Positions 1 through 9,131 of a DNA stretch of 23,028 nt are shown here, in pieces. The DNA comes from Gemmatimonadota bacterium (GTDB lineage: Bacteria > Gemmatimonadota > Gemmatimonadetes > Gemmatimonadales > Gemmatimonadaceae), in the NCBI GenBank assembly GCA_031372565.1, contig JANMLN010000023.1, positions 1-23,028 of the forward strand, written 5' to 3'. The notes below the pieces were generated by a model, which saw only the letters and a program-made list of their open reading frames with translations, searched no databases and was not told the origin of the DNA. The position numbers and the translations under genes are program-made. Numbering within the stretch: the first letter of the stretch is position 1; each line of letters opens with the position of its first letter.

Positions 1-700
1 GGTCTTCCACGAAGATGTCCGCCGCCCCCGAGAGGCCGCGCAGCACCGACGACTTGCCGGCGTTGGTATAGCCCACGAGTGCCGTGCGGAACGATGACTT
101 CCGCCCCGCGCGCTGCACCGCGCGCGAACGCGTGACGTCGGCGAGCCGTTCCTTGAGCACGCGCAACCGATGCCCGATCAATCGCCGGTCGGTTTCGAGC
201 TGCGTTTCACCTGGGCCGCGCATGCCGATACCACCGCGGAACTTCTCCAGGTGGGTCCACATGCGCGTGAGCCGCGGCAACAGGTACTCGAGCTGTGCCA
301 GCTCCACCTGCATCTTCGCTTCGGCACTCCGCGCACGCACGGCAAAGATGTCGAGGATGAGTTCGGCGCGGTCCATCACGCGCTTCCCCACCGCGTCCTC
401 GATGGACTTGCCCTGTGCGGGTGAGAGCTCGTCGTCGAACAGGATCAGGCTCGCGTTCTTCTCCACCGCGAGCGCGGTCAGCTCCTCGATCTTCCCCTTG
501 CCGAGGTAGGTGCCGGCGTGCGGGCGGTCGAGTTGCTGGGTGAGCGAGCCCACCACCTGCGCGCCGGCGGTGTCGGCCAGGCGCGCGAGCTCCTCGAGGT
601 GCTCCTGCACGATGTGCTTGGCGTGCGCCCCCTTCCTCGGTGCGCCAATGAGGATGGCGCGCTCGGTGGGCGGGGTGAGTTCGTGAAAGGTGCGTGACAT
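1..700 (-). CDS. hflX: GTPase HflX, 3' end truncated by the window edge
   Basis: Not in the ORF track; translated by hand from ATG at 700: MSRTFHELTPPTERAILIGA..LEELARLADTAGAQVV..YLGKGKIEEL..LILDIF..QVELAQLEYLLPRL..GPGETQLETDRR..ALVGYTNAGKSS (HflX N-domain plus G1 motif). Confidence 0.96.
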   Translation of the reverse strand, partial: MSRTFHELTPPTERAILIGAPRKGAHAKHIVQEHLEELARLADTAGAQVVGSLTQQLDRPHAGTYLGKGKIEELTALAVEKNASLILFDDELSPAQGKSIEDAVGKRVMDRAELILDIFAVRARSAEAKMQVELAQLEYLLPRLTRMWTHLEKFRGGIGMRGPGETQLETDRRLIGHRLRVLKERLADVTRSRAVQRAGRKSSFRTALVGYTNAGKSSVLRGLSGAADIFVED

Positions 701-703
701 CTG

Positions 704-1183
704 CTAGCGCCCCCGGCGCGCGTTGAATCGACCGGTGGCATCAAACGGGCGATTGAGCTCGCCCACCGGCGTACCGACGGTCACGTCGCCCTTGACGCGA
801 TAGTTCACTTCGCCCTGCGTGAGCAGCTGCACGATGACCATCCCGAGCGTGCGATACTCGAACGACACGGGCAGCCGCACTACCGACGAATCCTTGGCGG
901 GGATCTGCAGCCGTTCGAGTGGAAGCCCGATGCCCACGAGCGTGCTGTCGGCATACAACGAGTAGGCCAAGCGCCGGATGTCGATGCCGAACGGGTTCGG
1001 ATTCTTGACGCTCAGCACCACATCGATCGTCGCGCCCGACAGCGCGACATCCTTGAGCGCCACGCTCCGGAAGTCGACGACCGGCGGCTGCGGGCGCAGC
1101 GAGGCGCAGGCACTTGCGACCGAGGCCATGAGCACCAGCGCCGCCATGCGAGCGGCATGTACAACACGCCATGTCGAACTCAT
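704..1183 (-). CDS. LEA type 2 (WHy domain) lipoprotein
   Basis: Hydrophobic leader ending in a lipobox-like VASAC, then VLSVKNPNPFGI..LAYSLY..YRVKG typical of LEA_2/WHy. ATG at 1183 overlaps the wecB stop (ATGA). Confidence 0.85.
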   Translation of the reverse strand: MSSTWRVVHAARMAALVLMASVASACASLRPQPPVVDFRSVALKDVALSGATIDVVLSVKNPNPFGIDIRRLAYSLYADSTLVGIGLPLERLQIPAKDSSVVRLPVSFEYRTLGMVIVQLLTQGEVNYRVKGDVTVGTPVGELNRPFDATGRFNARRGR

Positions 1184-2244
1184 GCAGGCCTCGCTTGGAG
1201 TGCCGAGATGATGCGCGTACCGGCTTGCCCATCCCACCCCTCGGGGCGACGCAGTCCGGCAACGCGCGTGACCGCTGCCAGCGCGTTCACAAGATCAGCC
1301 GGGTCGGGCACGAGTCGGTTGGTTCCCTCGGTGATCGTCACGGGGCGCTCGGTGTTGGGGCGCACGGTCAGGCACGGAATGCCGAGCGCGGTGGTCTCTT
1401 CCTGCAGGCCGCCGGAGTCGGTGATGACCGCGTAGGCCTTGGTGACGAGCTGCAACATGGCCTCGTAGGGCACGGGATCGGTCATGACGACTCGACCGGC
1501 CTCGATGCCGAACTCGGCCATGCGGGCGCGCGTGCGCGGGTGCGCCGGAAAGGTGACCGCGCGTGTCTCGGCGATGATTCGCAGCGCTGCCATGACGGCC
1601 GCGAGTCGCGCGGGCTCGTCCACATTCGACGGCCGATGCAGCGTCACCACGATCGACCCATCGTGCGCCCACGCGCCGTCGGCACCGGGGGCGAGCCCCA
1701 GCCGTGCCAGCGTGAAGTACAGCGTGTCGATCATCACGTTGCCCACGAACACGATCTCCGACTCGGGCTCGCCCTCGGCGCGCAGTCGCACGTCGGCGTC
1801 ACGCGAGGGGGTGAGCAGCAGGTCGGCGAGTCGATCGGTCACGAGCCGGTTGATCTCTTCGGGCATGCCGCGGTCGTCGCTGCGGAGCCCGGCTTCGACA
1901 TGCGCGGTGCGCAGGCCGAGCTTGGACGCCACGATGGTGGCCGCCATGGTCGAGTTCACGTCGCCGTACACGAGCATCCAGTCGGGACGGTGCTTTTCGA
2001 GCACCGGCTCGACGCGCTCCATGATCCGCGCCGTCTGCACGGCGTGCGACGCGCTCCCGACGGCCAGGTTCTCGTCCGGCTTCGCGATGCCCAACGTCTC
2101 GAAGAACGAGTCGGACATGACCTCGTCGTAATGCTGTCCGGTGTGCACGATGACCTGCGCCACGCCCGCGGCCACCCCGGCGCGGTACACGGGGGCCAGC
2201 TTCGGAAAGTTCGGTCGGGCACCAACGATGTGCAGGATCTTCAT
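1180..2244 (-). CDS. wecB: UDP-N-acetylglucosamine 2-epimerase (non-hydrolysing)
   Basis: MKILHIVGARPNF.K, HTGQHYD, VYGDVNST, HVEAGLRS, MPEEINR, TDSGGLQEE, TERP motifs. Start trimmed to ATG at 2244. Confidence 0.95.
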   Translation of the reverse strand: MKILHIVGARPNFPKLAPVYRAGVAAGVAQVIVHTGQHYDEVMSDSFFETLGIAKPDENLAVGSASHAVQTARIMERVEPVLEKHRPDWMLVYGDVNSTMAATIVASKLGLRTAHVEAGLRSDDRGMPEEINRLVTDRLADLLLTPSRDADVRLRAEGEPESEIVFVGNVMIDTLYFTLARLGLAPGADGAWAHDGSIVVTLHRPSNVDEPARLAAVMAALRIIAETRAVTFPAHPRTRARMAEFGIEAGRVVMTDPVPYEAMLQLVTKAYAVITDSGGLQEETTALGIPCLTVRPNTERPVTITEGTNRLVPDPADLVNALAAVTRVAGLRRPEGWDGQAGTRIISALQARPA

Positions 2245-2290
2245 GTGATCACTGATGTCGTGAGCGAAGCGCCAACGCGGCGCATGAACG

Positions 2291-3664
2291 TCAGGGCGTG
2301 GGCAGGGCGGTGTTCGAAGGCCCCTCGGCGCCATCAATCTTCTCGCGCAGCCCCTGCCACCAGGCGAGGCGCTTGCCGATCTCTTTCTCGAACCCGAACG
2401 GACCGGGTTCGTAGAGCGTCGTGTCGGCGATGGCGTCGGGCAGGTATGCCTGTGGAACATAGGCCTCAGGCACTGCGTGCGCGTACTGATACCCCGCACC
2501 GTAGCCGAGGGACTTCATGAGCTCCGTGGGCGCGTTCCGGATGTGGAGCGGGACGGCAGCCGCGGGGTGTTCGGCCGCGAGCGCCTGTGCCCCCTTCCAG
2601 GCGGCGTACACGCGGTTGGACTTGGGCGCCGTGGCCAGATAGACGCAGGCCTCGGCGATGGCGAGTTCGCCCTCGGGGCTGCCAAGGAAGTGAAACGCGT
2701 CGCGTGCGGCGATCGTGACGGTGAGCGCCTGCGGATCGGCCAGACCGATGTCCTCGGTGGCAAAGCGCACCATGCGCCGCACGATGTACAGCGGGTCCTC
2801 CCCCCCGGAGATCATCCGGGCCAGCCAGTAGAGCGCCCCCTGCGGATCGCTGCCGCGCAGCGCCTTGTGGTAGGCGCTGATCAGGTTGTAGTGCTCCTCC
2901 CCCGACTTGTCGTAGCGGGCGACCCGCTGCTGCAGGGCGTCGCGGATGACGGCCAGGGTGATCCGGCGATCCTCGCCCATGAGCCCGCTCGCGGCCTCGA
3001 GCACCGTGAGGGCTCGGCGCGCGTCGCCGTCCGATTCGGTGGCGAGGGCCCGGCGCGCGTCGTCGTCAAAGGCGAGCGTCAGCTGCCCCAAGCCCCGATC
3101 GGCGTCTGAAAGTGCGCGATCGAGTAGCGCCCCGATGTCGTCCGGCGTGAGCGGCTCCAGCACGAACACGCGCACGCGCGAGAGGAGCGCGCCGTTGACC
3201 TCGAAGCTCGGGTTCTCCGTCGTCGCGCCCACGAGCGTGAACAGGCCCGACTCGACATGCGGCAGGAACGCGTCCTGCTGGGCACGGTTGAGCCGATGGA
3301 TCTCGTCCACGAACAGCACCGTGCCGCGCCCCGACGCTCGGCGCGCCTCGGCCTCCGCGACCACCTCGCGCACGCGCGGCACCCCCTCGCTGACGGCGCT
3401 GAACGGCACGAACTCGCGGTCGGAGTGCTGAGCGATCAGCCGCCCGAGCGTCGTCTTGCCGGAGCCGGGCGGGCCCCAGAAGAGCATCGAGGCAACGCGC
3501 CCCCCCTCCAGCTCGCGCCGGAGCGGGCGCCCGGGCCCGAGGAGCTGTTGCTGGCCCACGACTTCGTCGAGCGTGCGCGGCCGCATGCGCGCGGCGAGCG
3601 GAACGCTCACCGCGCCGGCGAACAGGGTGTCCCCGAGGGGTATAGGGCGCTTTCGGGCTGGCAT
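2291..3664 (-). CDS. rarA: Replication-associated recombination protein A (RarA/MgsA AAA+ ATPase)
   Basis: PLAARMRP, Walker [10 protein letters not shown], Walker [51 protein letters not shown]. Confidence 0.96.
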   Translation of the reverse strand: MPARKRPIPLGDTLFAGAVSVPLAARMRPRTLDEVVGQQQLLGPGRPLRRELEGGRVASMLFWGPPGSGKTTLGRLIAQHSDREFVPFSAVSEGVPRVREVVAEAEARRASGRGTVLFVDEIHRLNRAQQDAFLPHVESGLFTLVGATTENPSFEVNGALLSRVRVFVLEPLTPDDIGALLDRALSDADRGLGQLTLAFDDDARRALATESDGDARRALTVLEAASGLMGEDRRITLAVIRDALQQRVARYDKSGEEHYNLISAYHKALRGSDPQGALYWLARMISGGEDPLYIVRRMVRFATEDIGLADPQALTVTIAARDAFHFLGSPEGELAIAEACVYLATAPKSNRVYAAWKGAQALAAEHPAAAVPLHIRNAPTELMKSLGYGAGYQYAHAVPEAYVPQAYLPDAIADTTLYEPGPFGFEKEIGKRLAWWQGLREKIDGAEGPSNTALPTP

Positions 3665-3699
3665 CAGGGAGAGTCGGCATCGCCCCGCGACGGGGACGG

Positions 3700-3712
3700 T
3701 GGTAATCTACCA
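3700..3712. promoter_or_regulatory. Palindromic bidirectional extended -10 element between rarA and the nucleotidyltransferase gene
   Basis: TGGTA-ATC-TACCA reads TG-G-TAATCT on + and TG-G-TAGATT on -; both fit TGn-TAnnnT. It is an AT-rich patch in a 51-bp divergent gap. Confidence 0.65.
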
Positions 3713-3715
3713 TTG

Positions 3716-4219
3716 ATGAACGCCGATACCCTCACCGTCCTGTTTGGCGCCCTCAATGCATCGGGGGTCCGGTACGTCGTCGTGGGGGGGCTCGCGGTCA
3801 TGTATTGGGGCTACGTGCGCGCCACGCAGGACGTGGACCTCGTGCTCGCCATGGACGATGCCAACGTGCGGGCGGCGCTTCGCGTGTTCGAGGAGTTGGG
3901 CTACCAGCCACGCGTGCCGGTTGCCCTGGACGACTTCGCGGATCCGGGACGGCGTGCCGAATGGGCCGCTCAGCGCAACATGGTGGTCTTTCCGCTCCAT
4001 AGCGAGCGGTACCGCAGCATGCCGATCGACCTGTTCCTGTCGGCCCCCGTGGACGTCGACGAGGAGCTTGCGGCGGCGGTGCTCGGTGAGATCGCTCCCG
4101 GCATCACCATGCCGATCGTGCGCTACGAGTCGCTGCGGCGGCTCAAGGTCGAAGCAGGGCGCCCCGTCGACCTCGCTGATCTGGAGCGACTCGCGAAGGT
4201 GAGGGAGGATCGCCCATGA
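3716..4219 (+). CDS. Pol-beta-superfamily nucleotidyltransferase
   Basis: YVVVGGLAV..G..RATQDVDL (GG...DxD motif) and C-terminal LK..AGRP.DLADL. The longer 3257 start is antisense overlap with rarA; ATG at 3716 is preferred. Confidence 0.85.
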   Translation: MNADTLTVLFGALNASGVRYVVVGGLAVMYWGYVRATQDVDLVLAMDDANVRAALRVFEELGYQPRVPVALDDFADPGRRAEWAAQRNMVVFPLHSERYRSMPIDLFLSAPVDVDEELAAAVLGEIAPGITMPIVRYESLRRLKVEAGRPVDLADLERLAKVREDRP

Positions 4220-4437
4220 ACTCCACAGGGGATCCACGTCCTGACCGGGGGAGCGATCCCGAGGCGCCCCCGCCCCAGCCGCCCGTCGGCTCATTCGAGG
4301 AGGCCGAGCGCTACGCCTTGGCGCTCGGAGCGCGGATGTCGTTCCGCGAACGCCTCGACTACGCGGCGCACCTGCTGGAGCTTGCCCGACGAATGCGCCC
4401 GTCGAGCGGTCCGTCCGACCCGGCTCAGACCTTGTAG
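4216..4437 (+). CDS. Small (73 aa) hypothetical partner of the nucleotidyltransferase
   Basis: ATGA overlap with the NTase stop and GGAGGA upstream. Helical core [18 protein letters not shown] resembles the (S/T)xxERL small proteins often adjacent to such NTases. Overlaps the 3' end of the epimerase by 13 bp. Confidence 0.6.
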   Translation: MNSTGDPRPDRGSDPEAPPPQPPVGSFEEAERYALALGARMSFRERLDYAAHLLELARRMRPSSGPSDPAQTL

Positions 4438-5426
4438 AACTCCCGGTACCAGGCCACGAACCGCTCGATCCCGGTTGCGATCGGCGTCGCGGGCTTGAAG
4501 CCGACGTCGGCCTGCAGATCGTCGACATTCGCGTACGTCGCCTGCACATCACCGGGCTGCATGGGGCGCATCTGCTTTTGCGCCACCTTCCCGAGCGACT
4601 TCTCGAGTGCCGCGATCATGTCCATGAGCGGCACCGGGTTGTTGTTGCCGATGTTGTACACGCGGTACGGCGCGCGCGAACTCACCCCCGGCACCACGGG
4701 CACGTTCTCGGGGGTCGGGACGCGGTCGGACACGCGGATCACCCCTTCGACGATGTCATCGATGTACGTGAAGTCGCGCTGCATGTCACCATTGTTGAAC
4801 ACCTCGATCGGTCGCCCCTCGAGGATGGCCTTGGTGAACAGGAAGAGCGCCATGTCGGGGCGGCCCCACGGACCGTACACCGTGAAGAAGCGGAGGCCGG
4901 TGGTCGGCAGGTTGAACAGGTGGCTGTACGTGTGCGCCATCAGCTCGTTCGCCTTCTTGGTGGCGGCGTACAGGCTGATCGGGTGATCCACGTTGTCGGA
5001 CGTCGCGAACGGCAGCTCGGTGTTGGCCCCATAGACGCTGCTGCTCGACGCGTAGGTCAGATGCTGCACGCCATTGTGCCGGCACCCCTCGAGGATATTG
5101 AGGAAGCCGAGCAGGTTGGCGTCCATGTACGCGTACGGGTTGGTGAGCGAGTAGCGCACGCCCGCCTGTGCCGCCAGGTGAATCACCCGCTCGGGCTTTT
5201 CATCGGCGAAGACCCGCGTCATCGCCCCGCGATCGGCCACATCGAGCCGCAAGAAGCGATACCCCGGCGTTCCGGCCAGCCGCTCGAGCCGCGCCTCCTT
5301 GAGGCGCACGTCGTAGTAGTCGTTGACGTTGTCGACGCCGATGACTTCGTCGCCGCGCGCCAGGAGGCGCTGCGTCACGTGAGAACCGATGAAGCCGGCA
5401 TTGCCGGTGACGAGATACCGGGTCAT
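4425..5426 (-). CDS. NAD-dependent epimerase, UDP-glucuronate 4-epimerase (CapI/WcaG-like)
   Basis: [39 protein letters not shown] (YxxxK), [30 protein letters not shown]. Start ATG at 5426. Confidence 0.93.
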   Translation of the reverse strand: MTRYLVTGNAGFIGSHVTQRLLARGDEVIGVDNVNDYYDVRLKEARLERLAGTPGYRFLRLDVADRGAMTRVFADEKPERVIHLAAQAGVRYSLTNPYAYMDANLLGFLNILEGCRHNGVQHLTYASSSSVYGANTELPFATSDNVDHPISLYAATKKANELMAHTYSHLFNLPTTGLRFFTVYGPWGRPDMALFLFTKAILEGRPIEVFNNGDMQRDFTYIDDIVEGVIRVSDRVPTPENVPVVPGVSSRAPYRVYNIGNNNPVPLMDMIAALEKSLGKVAQKQMRPMQPGDVQATYANVDDLQADVGFKPATPIATGIERFVAWYREFYKV

Positions 5427-5508
5427 GGAAGCGAAAGGACGGAGGCGGAAGCGGAGACTGGCGCGGGTGCCGAAGCGTACGCGACGTGCACAACGATCAT
5501 GCCGAAAG

Positions 5509-6063
5509 CTACTCGCGTCGGATGCCGGAGGCAGCGGTGAGCCCGAGCCGCTCGACCACCGACGCGGTGACCTCATCGAGTTCATCGGAGCCGGTGAGCC
5601 GATCGCGCGATGACGCCCAGCGGCGATCGGCGAGCGCCTCGCGCGGCACTTCGCGGAGCCCCGCCGCCTCGAGCGGGACGCGCCACGCCGTGTCGCGTGC
5701 CCAGGCCCACACACTCAGCTGCGCCGACAGTGCCAACTGCAGGTTGCCGCTCCACACCGTGAGCTCCAGCCCGCCCGTCCGTCCAACGGCGGGGCGCAGG
5801 CGCGCGATGCTCTCACGCACATCCGAGAGCGCCACGGATGATCCCCGCCACTCGCTGCCATCCCGGGCGCGGTGGAGCGCGACCGACACGGTGCCGGGCA
5901 TCTCGGCGCTCAGCGCGTGAAAGAGCGCGACCGACCGTTCCGCCGGCGCGTCGGTGCGAGCCACGTGCCACCCCCCCTCCCGCCAGAGGGAAAATCCATC
6001 GGTCTCGGTACGAAAGCGGTAGCCGACATCCACCTCGGCGTGCGCGCCCCGCAGGAAGCTCAC
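5509..6063 (-). CDS. Hypothetical protein
   Basis: 184-aa ORF co-oriented with, and filling the gap after, cca. GTG start lies inside the 11-bp repeat. No family recognised. Confidence 0.65.
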   Translation of the reverse strand: MSFLRGAHAEVDVGYRFRTETDGFSLWREGGWHVARTDAPAERSVALFHALSAEMPGTVSVALHRARDGSEWRGSSVALSDVRESIARLRPAVGRTGGLELTVWSGNLQLALSAQLSVWAWARDTAWRVPLEAAGLREVPREALADRRWASSRDRLTGSDELDEVTASVVERLGLTAASGIRRE

Positions 6064-6084
6064 AGGAAGCTCACAGGAGGCTCA
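6052..6084. repeat. 3 x 11-bp tandem repeat CAGGA(A/G)GCTCA
   Basis: CAGGAAGCTCA 6052-6062, CAGGAAGCTCA 6063-6073, CAGGAGGCTCA 6074-6084. Confidence 0.95.
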
Positions 6085-7377
6085 CGCGAACTCGGAGGCG
6101 CGCCGGCGCGCCACGGTCATGAGCCCCACGACCGTGTTGCGCGCAGGGTCGTCGAGCACCCAGTCGAGGAGCGCGCCCAACAGTTTCCCTAGCGCGGGCC
6201 CACTCGCGAGCCCGGCGCCGACGATATCGCCGCCGTCGATGGCCAGGTCCGCCAGCTCGACCGGCTCGTGCCACGCCGCCCGCAACATCCGTCGGTACAC
6301 GCTGGCCGCCACGCGTGCCTCGGGCGCGCGCTGGCCGAGCGCACGGGCGGCGTTCCACCGCGCCACCGCAATCCGCATGAAGGCGCCGACGCGCGTGCGG
6401 CCGATGGTCGCCACCCAACGGCGCACCATGGCATTCGTGATGGTGCCCTCCAGCAGCGCTGCTTCCAAGGGAGCGCCGAGCTGCACCCACCGGTCGGCCA
6501 GCTCCGAGACCCAGCGGGCGTCCGAGTTGGAGCTGCGCAGCGCCTTGAGCGCGCCGAGCGATGCGCCGCCGCCCACTTCCACGAAGAGCGCGGTGATCCG
6601 GTTGAGCCGGCGCTGCGGCCGCCCCGCGAGCCCCGGCATGGCCAGCTGGTCGAGCGAGCGCAGCGCGACCTCCGAGACGCGCGCAATCGCCGGGACCAGC
6701 ACGTCGGTGATGCCCGCCTGACGCCAGCGCGAGAGCGCCTCGCTGGGGCGTCGCACCTGCTCCATGGTCTTTTCGAGCTCCTGACGCACACGCTCGGCCG
6801 AGAGCCGCTTGAGATCGCGCGCGCTGCCCACGATCGAATCCCAGGTTGCGGGGTCGATGCGGAAGCCGAACCGCGACGCAAAGCGAATGGCGCGCAGCGC
6901 ACGGAGCCTGTCCTCGCGCATCCGCGCCTCGGGGTCGCCCACGGCGCGCAGCAGGCCGGCCGCCAGGTCCCGCTGACCACCAAACGGGTCACGCAACTCG
7001 GCGCGGGACGGGGACCAGGCCATGGCGTTGACCGTGAAGTCGCGGCGCGCCAGGTCGTCGTCGAGCGACACACCGAACGCCACCTCGGCGTGGCGGCCGT
7101 CAGTCTTCACATCGCGGCGAAAGGTCGTGACTTCGTGCAGCCGGCCGTGCGCATCCATGACGCCCACGGTGCCGTGCTCGATGCCGACGGGCACCGTGCG
7201 CGCGAACAGCTTCTGCACCTGCTGCGGATGCGCACTCGTGGCCAGATCCCAGTCAAGGTGCGGCTGGCCCAGCAGCGCATCGCGCACGGCGCCTCCCACA
7301 CACCAGGCCTCGAACCCCGCCCGCTCGAGCACATCGACGATGCGGAGGACCTCTGCGGGCGGCTTCAGCGTGGTCAC
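6082..7377 (-). CDS. cca: Class II CCA tRNA nucleotidyltransferase
   Basis: VGGAVRD..DWDLAT (motif A), EVTTFR, RRDFTVNAM (RRD motif), REDRLRALR (EDxxR template), SAERVRQE. No HD domain seen. GTG start overlaps the asparaginase stop. Confidence 0.9.
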   Translation of the reverse strand: MTTLKPPAEVLRIVDVLERAGFEAWCVGGAVRDALLGQPHLDWDLATSAHPQQVQKLFARTVPVGIEHGTVGVMDAHGRLHEVTTFRRDVKTDGRHAEVAFGVSLDDDLARRDFTVNAMAWSPSRAELRDPFGGQRDLAAGLLRAVGDPEARMREDRLRALRAIRFASRFGFRIDPATWDSIVGSARDLKRLSAERVRQELEKTMEQVRRPSEALSRWRQAGITDVLVPAIARVSEVALRSLDQLAMPGLAGRPQRRLNRITALFVEVGGGASLGALKALRSSNSDARWVSELADRWVQLGAPLEAALLEGTITNAMVRRWVATIGRTRVGAFMRIAVARWNAARALGQRAPEARVAASVYRRMLRAAWHEPVELADLAIDGGDIVGAGLASGPALGKLLGALLDWVLDDPARNTVVGLMTVARRRASEFA

Positions 7378-8342
7378 GTGGCGAACAGTTCGCGGATCTC
7401 GTGGACCTCGAGTCCGAAGCCGAGCGCGAGCATCAGGTCGATGCGCGCCTGTTGGGCGCGTCGCGAGCCGGCGAAGATGCAGCCCATCTCGGCCAACCGC
7501 TTGCCGCCACCGGGATAGCCGTAGGTGATGCCCACGCGCCCACGCAGCGCGCGCGACGCAATGACGACCGGCTTGCCGTCGTCGATCACGCGCTGGATGC
7601 CGGGGACCATGGCGGGGGGCACGTTGCCGCGCCCCATGGCCGCGATCACGATGCCACGCGCGTCACGGCGGGATGCATCGATGAGTCGGCTGTCCGAGCC
7701 CGCCCAGACGCCGATGATGTCGACCGGCGTGGCGGGTTCGGCGGGCGCGAGCAGCGGCGGCGCTCCCGGCAGTGCTCGGCGGAAGATCACCATCCCGTCA
7801 TCGACGACGCCAACCGGACCGAGCCCCGGGCTCTCGAACGCGTCGAGCAGGTGGGTATGCGCCTTGGTCACGTCGAGTGCGGAATAGACGCGCGACCCCA
7901 TCACCACCATCGTGCCGTATCCGAATGCTTCGGGGCTCGCGGCCACGCGGACGGCATCGATCAGGTTGGCTGGCCCGTCCCACCCGAGGTCGCTCGCGTT
8001 GCGCATGGCACCGGTGAACACAACGGGTTTGTCGCTTCCGATCGAGCGCGCGACGAGATACGCGGTCTCTTCGAGCGAGTCGGTGCCGTGCGCGACCACC
8101 ACGCCATCGATCTCGGGCCGCGCGAGGCGCACCGCGATCGCTTCACGGAGGGCCCATTGCCGCTCGACCGTCATGTGCGGCCCGGGAAACGCTCCCCACT
8201 GCTCCGGTTCGAGCGGCGCGATGTCGTGAATGCCGGGTGCTGCGGCCAGAATCTCGGCAGCCGACAATGCTGGCACCGCACCCCCGGCTCGGGGGTCGAA
8301 CTTCATCGAAATGGTGCCGCCGGTAAACAGGATGGCGATCAT
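7374..8342 (-). CDS. L-asparaginase (cytoplasmic, no signal peptide)
   Basis: LFTGGTISM, HGTDSLEET, KPVVFTGAMR, WDGPANL, K.HT..AFESP. ATG at 8342 overlaps the SDR stop (ATGA). Confidence 0.92.
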   Translation of the reverse strand: MIAILFTGGTISMKFDPRAGGAVPALSAAEILAAAPGIHDIAPLEPEQWGAFPGPHMTVERQWALREAIAVRLARPEIDGVVVAHGTDSLEETAYLVARSIGSDKPVVFTGAMRNASDLGWDGPANLIDAVRVAASPEAFGYGTMVVMGSRVYSALDVTKAHTHLLDAFESPGLGPVGVVDDGMVIFRRALPGAPPLLAPAEPATPVDIIGVWAGSDSRLIDASRRDARGIVIAAMGRGNVPPAMVPGIQRVIDDGKPVVIASRALRGRVGITYGYPGGGKRLAEMGCIFAGSRRAQQARIDLMLALGFGLEVHEIRELFAT

Positions 8343-9094
8343 CCGCAGAGCACGCTGCCACCATTGACGTTCAGGATCTCGCCCGTGACATGTCGCGCAT
8401 ACGGCGTGGCGAGAAAGAGAATCGGCCCGGCGATATCGGCAGGTGACGCGACACGTCCGATCGGAATCGTCCTGGCGATGCGCTCGCGCCCACCGTTCGC
8501 GAAGGCGTCGGCGCACATCTCGGTGTCGACCCATCCCGGCGCCACGGCATTCACCGTGATGTCGCGCGGCGCGAGTTCGACCGCCAGCGACTTCACGAAC
8601 GAGATCATGGCGCCCTTGCTCGCTGCGTAATCCGAGTGGAACGCTTCCCCGCGCTGTCCCGCCGTGCTCGCCACGTGAATCAGGCGCCCGCCCGGGGACA
8701 GCACACGCGCCGCAGCGCGCGAGATGAAGAACATCGCATCGGTGTTGGCGCGCATCGTCTCGCGCCAGCGTTCGTTGGTGAGCACATCGACGCCATCGTC
8801 GGCGGTTGGCCAGATGCCGGCGTTGTGCACGAGGATGTCGAGCCCACCGAGGGCGGCCACGGTATCGGCCACCAGCGCATCGGCACCCGCGCTCATGCCG
8901 ATGTCGTGGGCAAAGGCGTGCGCCGTGGCGCCTGCTGCGCGGAGCTCGGCAACGAGTGCATCAGCCTCCGACGCGCGGGACCGATACCCGATGGAGACGG
9001 CAGCGCCGGCCTCGGCGAGGAGCCGCGTGGTGGCGAGCCCGATCCCGCGCGAGCCTCCAGTGATCAGGGCCCGGCGGCCGGTCAGCGAGAACAT
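8339..9094 (-). CDS. Short-chain dehydrogenase/reductase (FabG-like)
   Basis: TGGSRGIG, HNAG, YAASK, VNAVAPGWVDT, TGEILNVNGG. Confidence 0.93.
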   Translation of the reverse strand: MFSLTGRRALITGGSRGIGLATTRLLAEAGAAVSIGYRSRASEADALVAELRAAGATAHAFAHDIGMSAGADALVADTVAALGGLDILVHNAGIWPTADDGVDVLTNERWRETMRANTDAMFFISRAAARVLSPGGRLIHVASTAGQRGEAFHSDYAASKGAMISFVKSLAVELAPRDITVNAVAPGWVDTEMCADAFANGGRERIARTIPIGRVASPADIAGPILFLATPYARHVTGEILNVNGGSVLCG

Positions 9095-9131
9095 CAGGTT
9101 GGCTCCAGGGCGCGCGCGCCGGCAGCGTCGG

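Noticed and set aside
3257..3715. N-terminal extension of the NTase ORF
   Set aside because: Antisense to rarA; homology and the promoter both point to ATG 3716.
6052..6084. Possible CRISPR array or iteron
   Set aside because: Contiguous 11-bp units with no spacers, and no cas or rep gene nearby.
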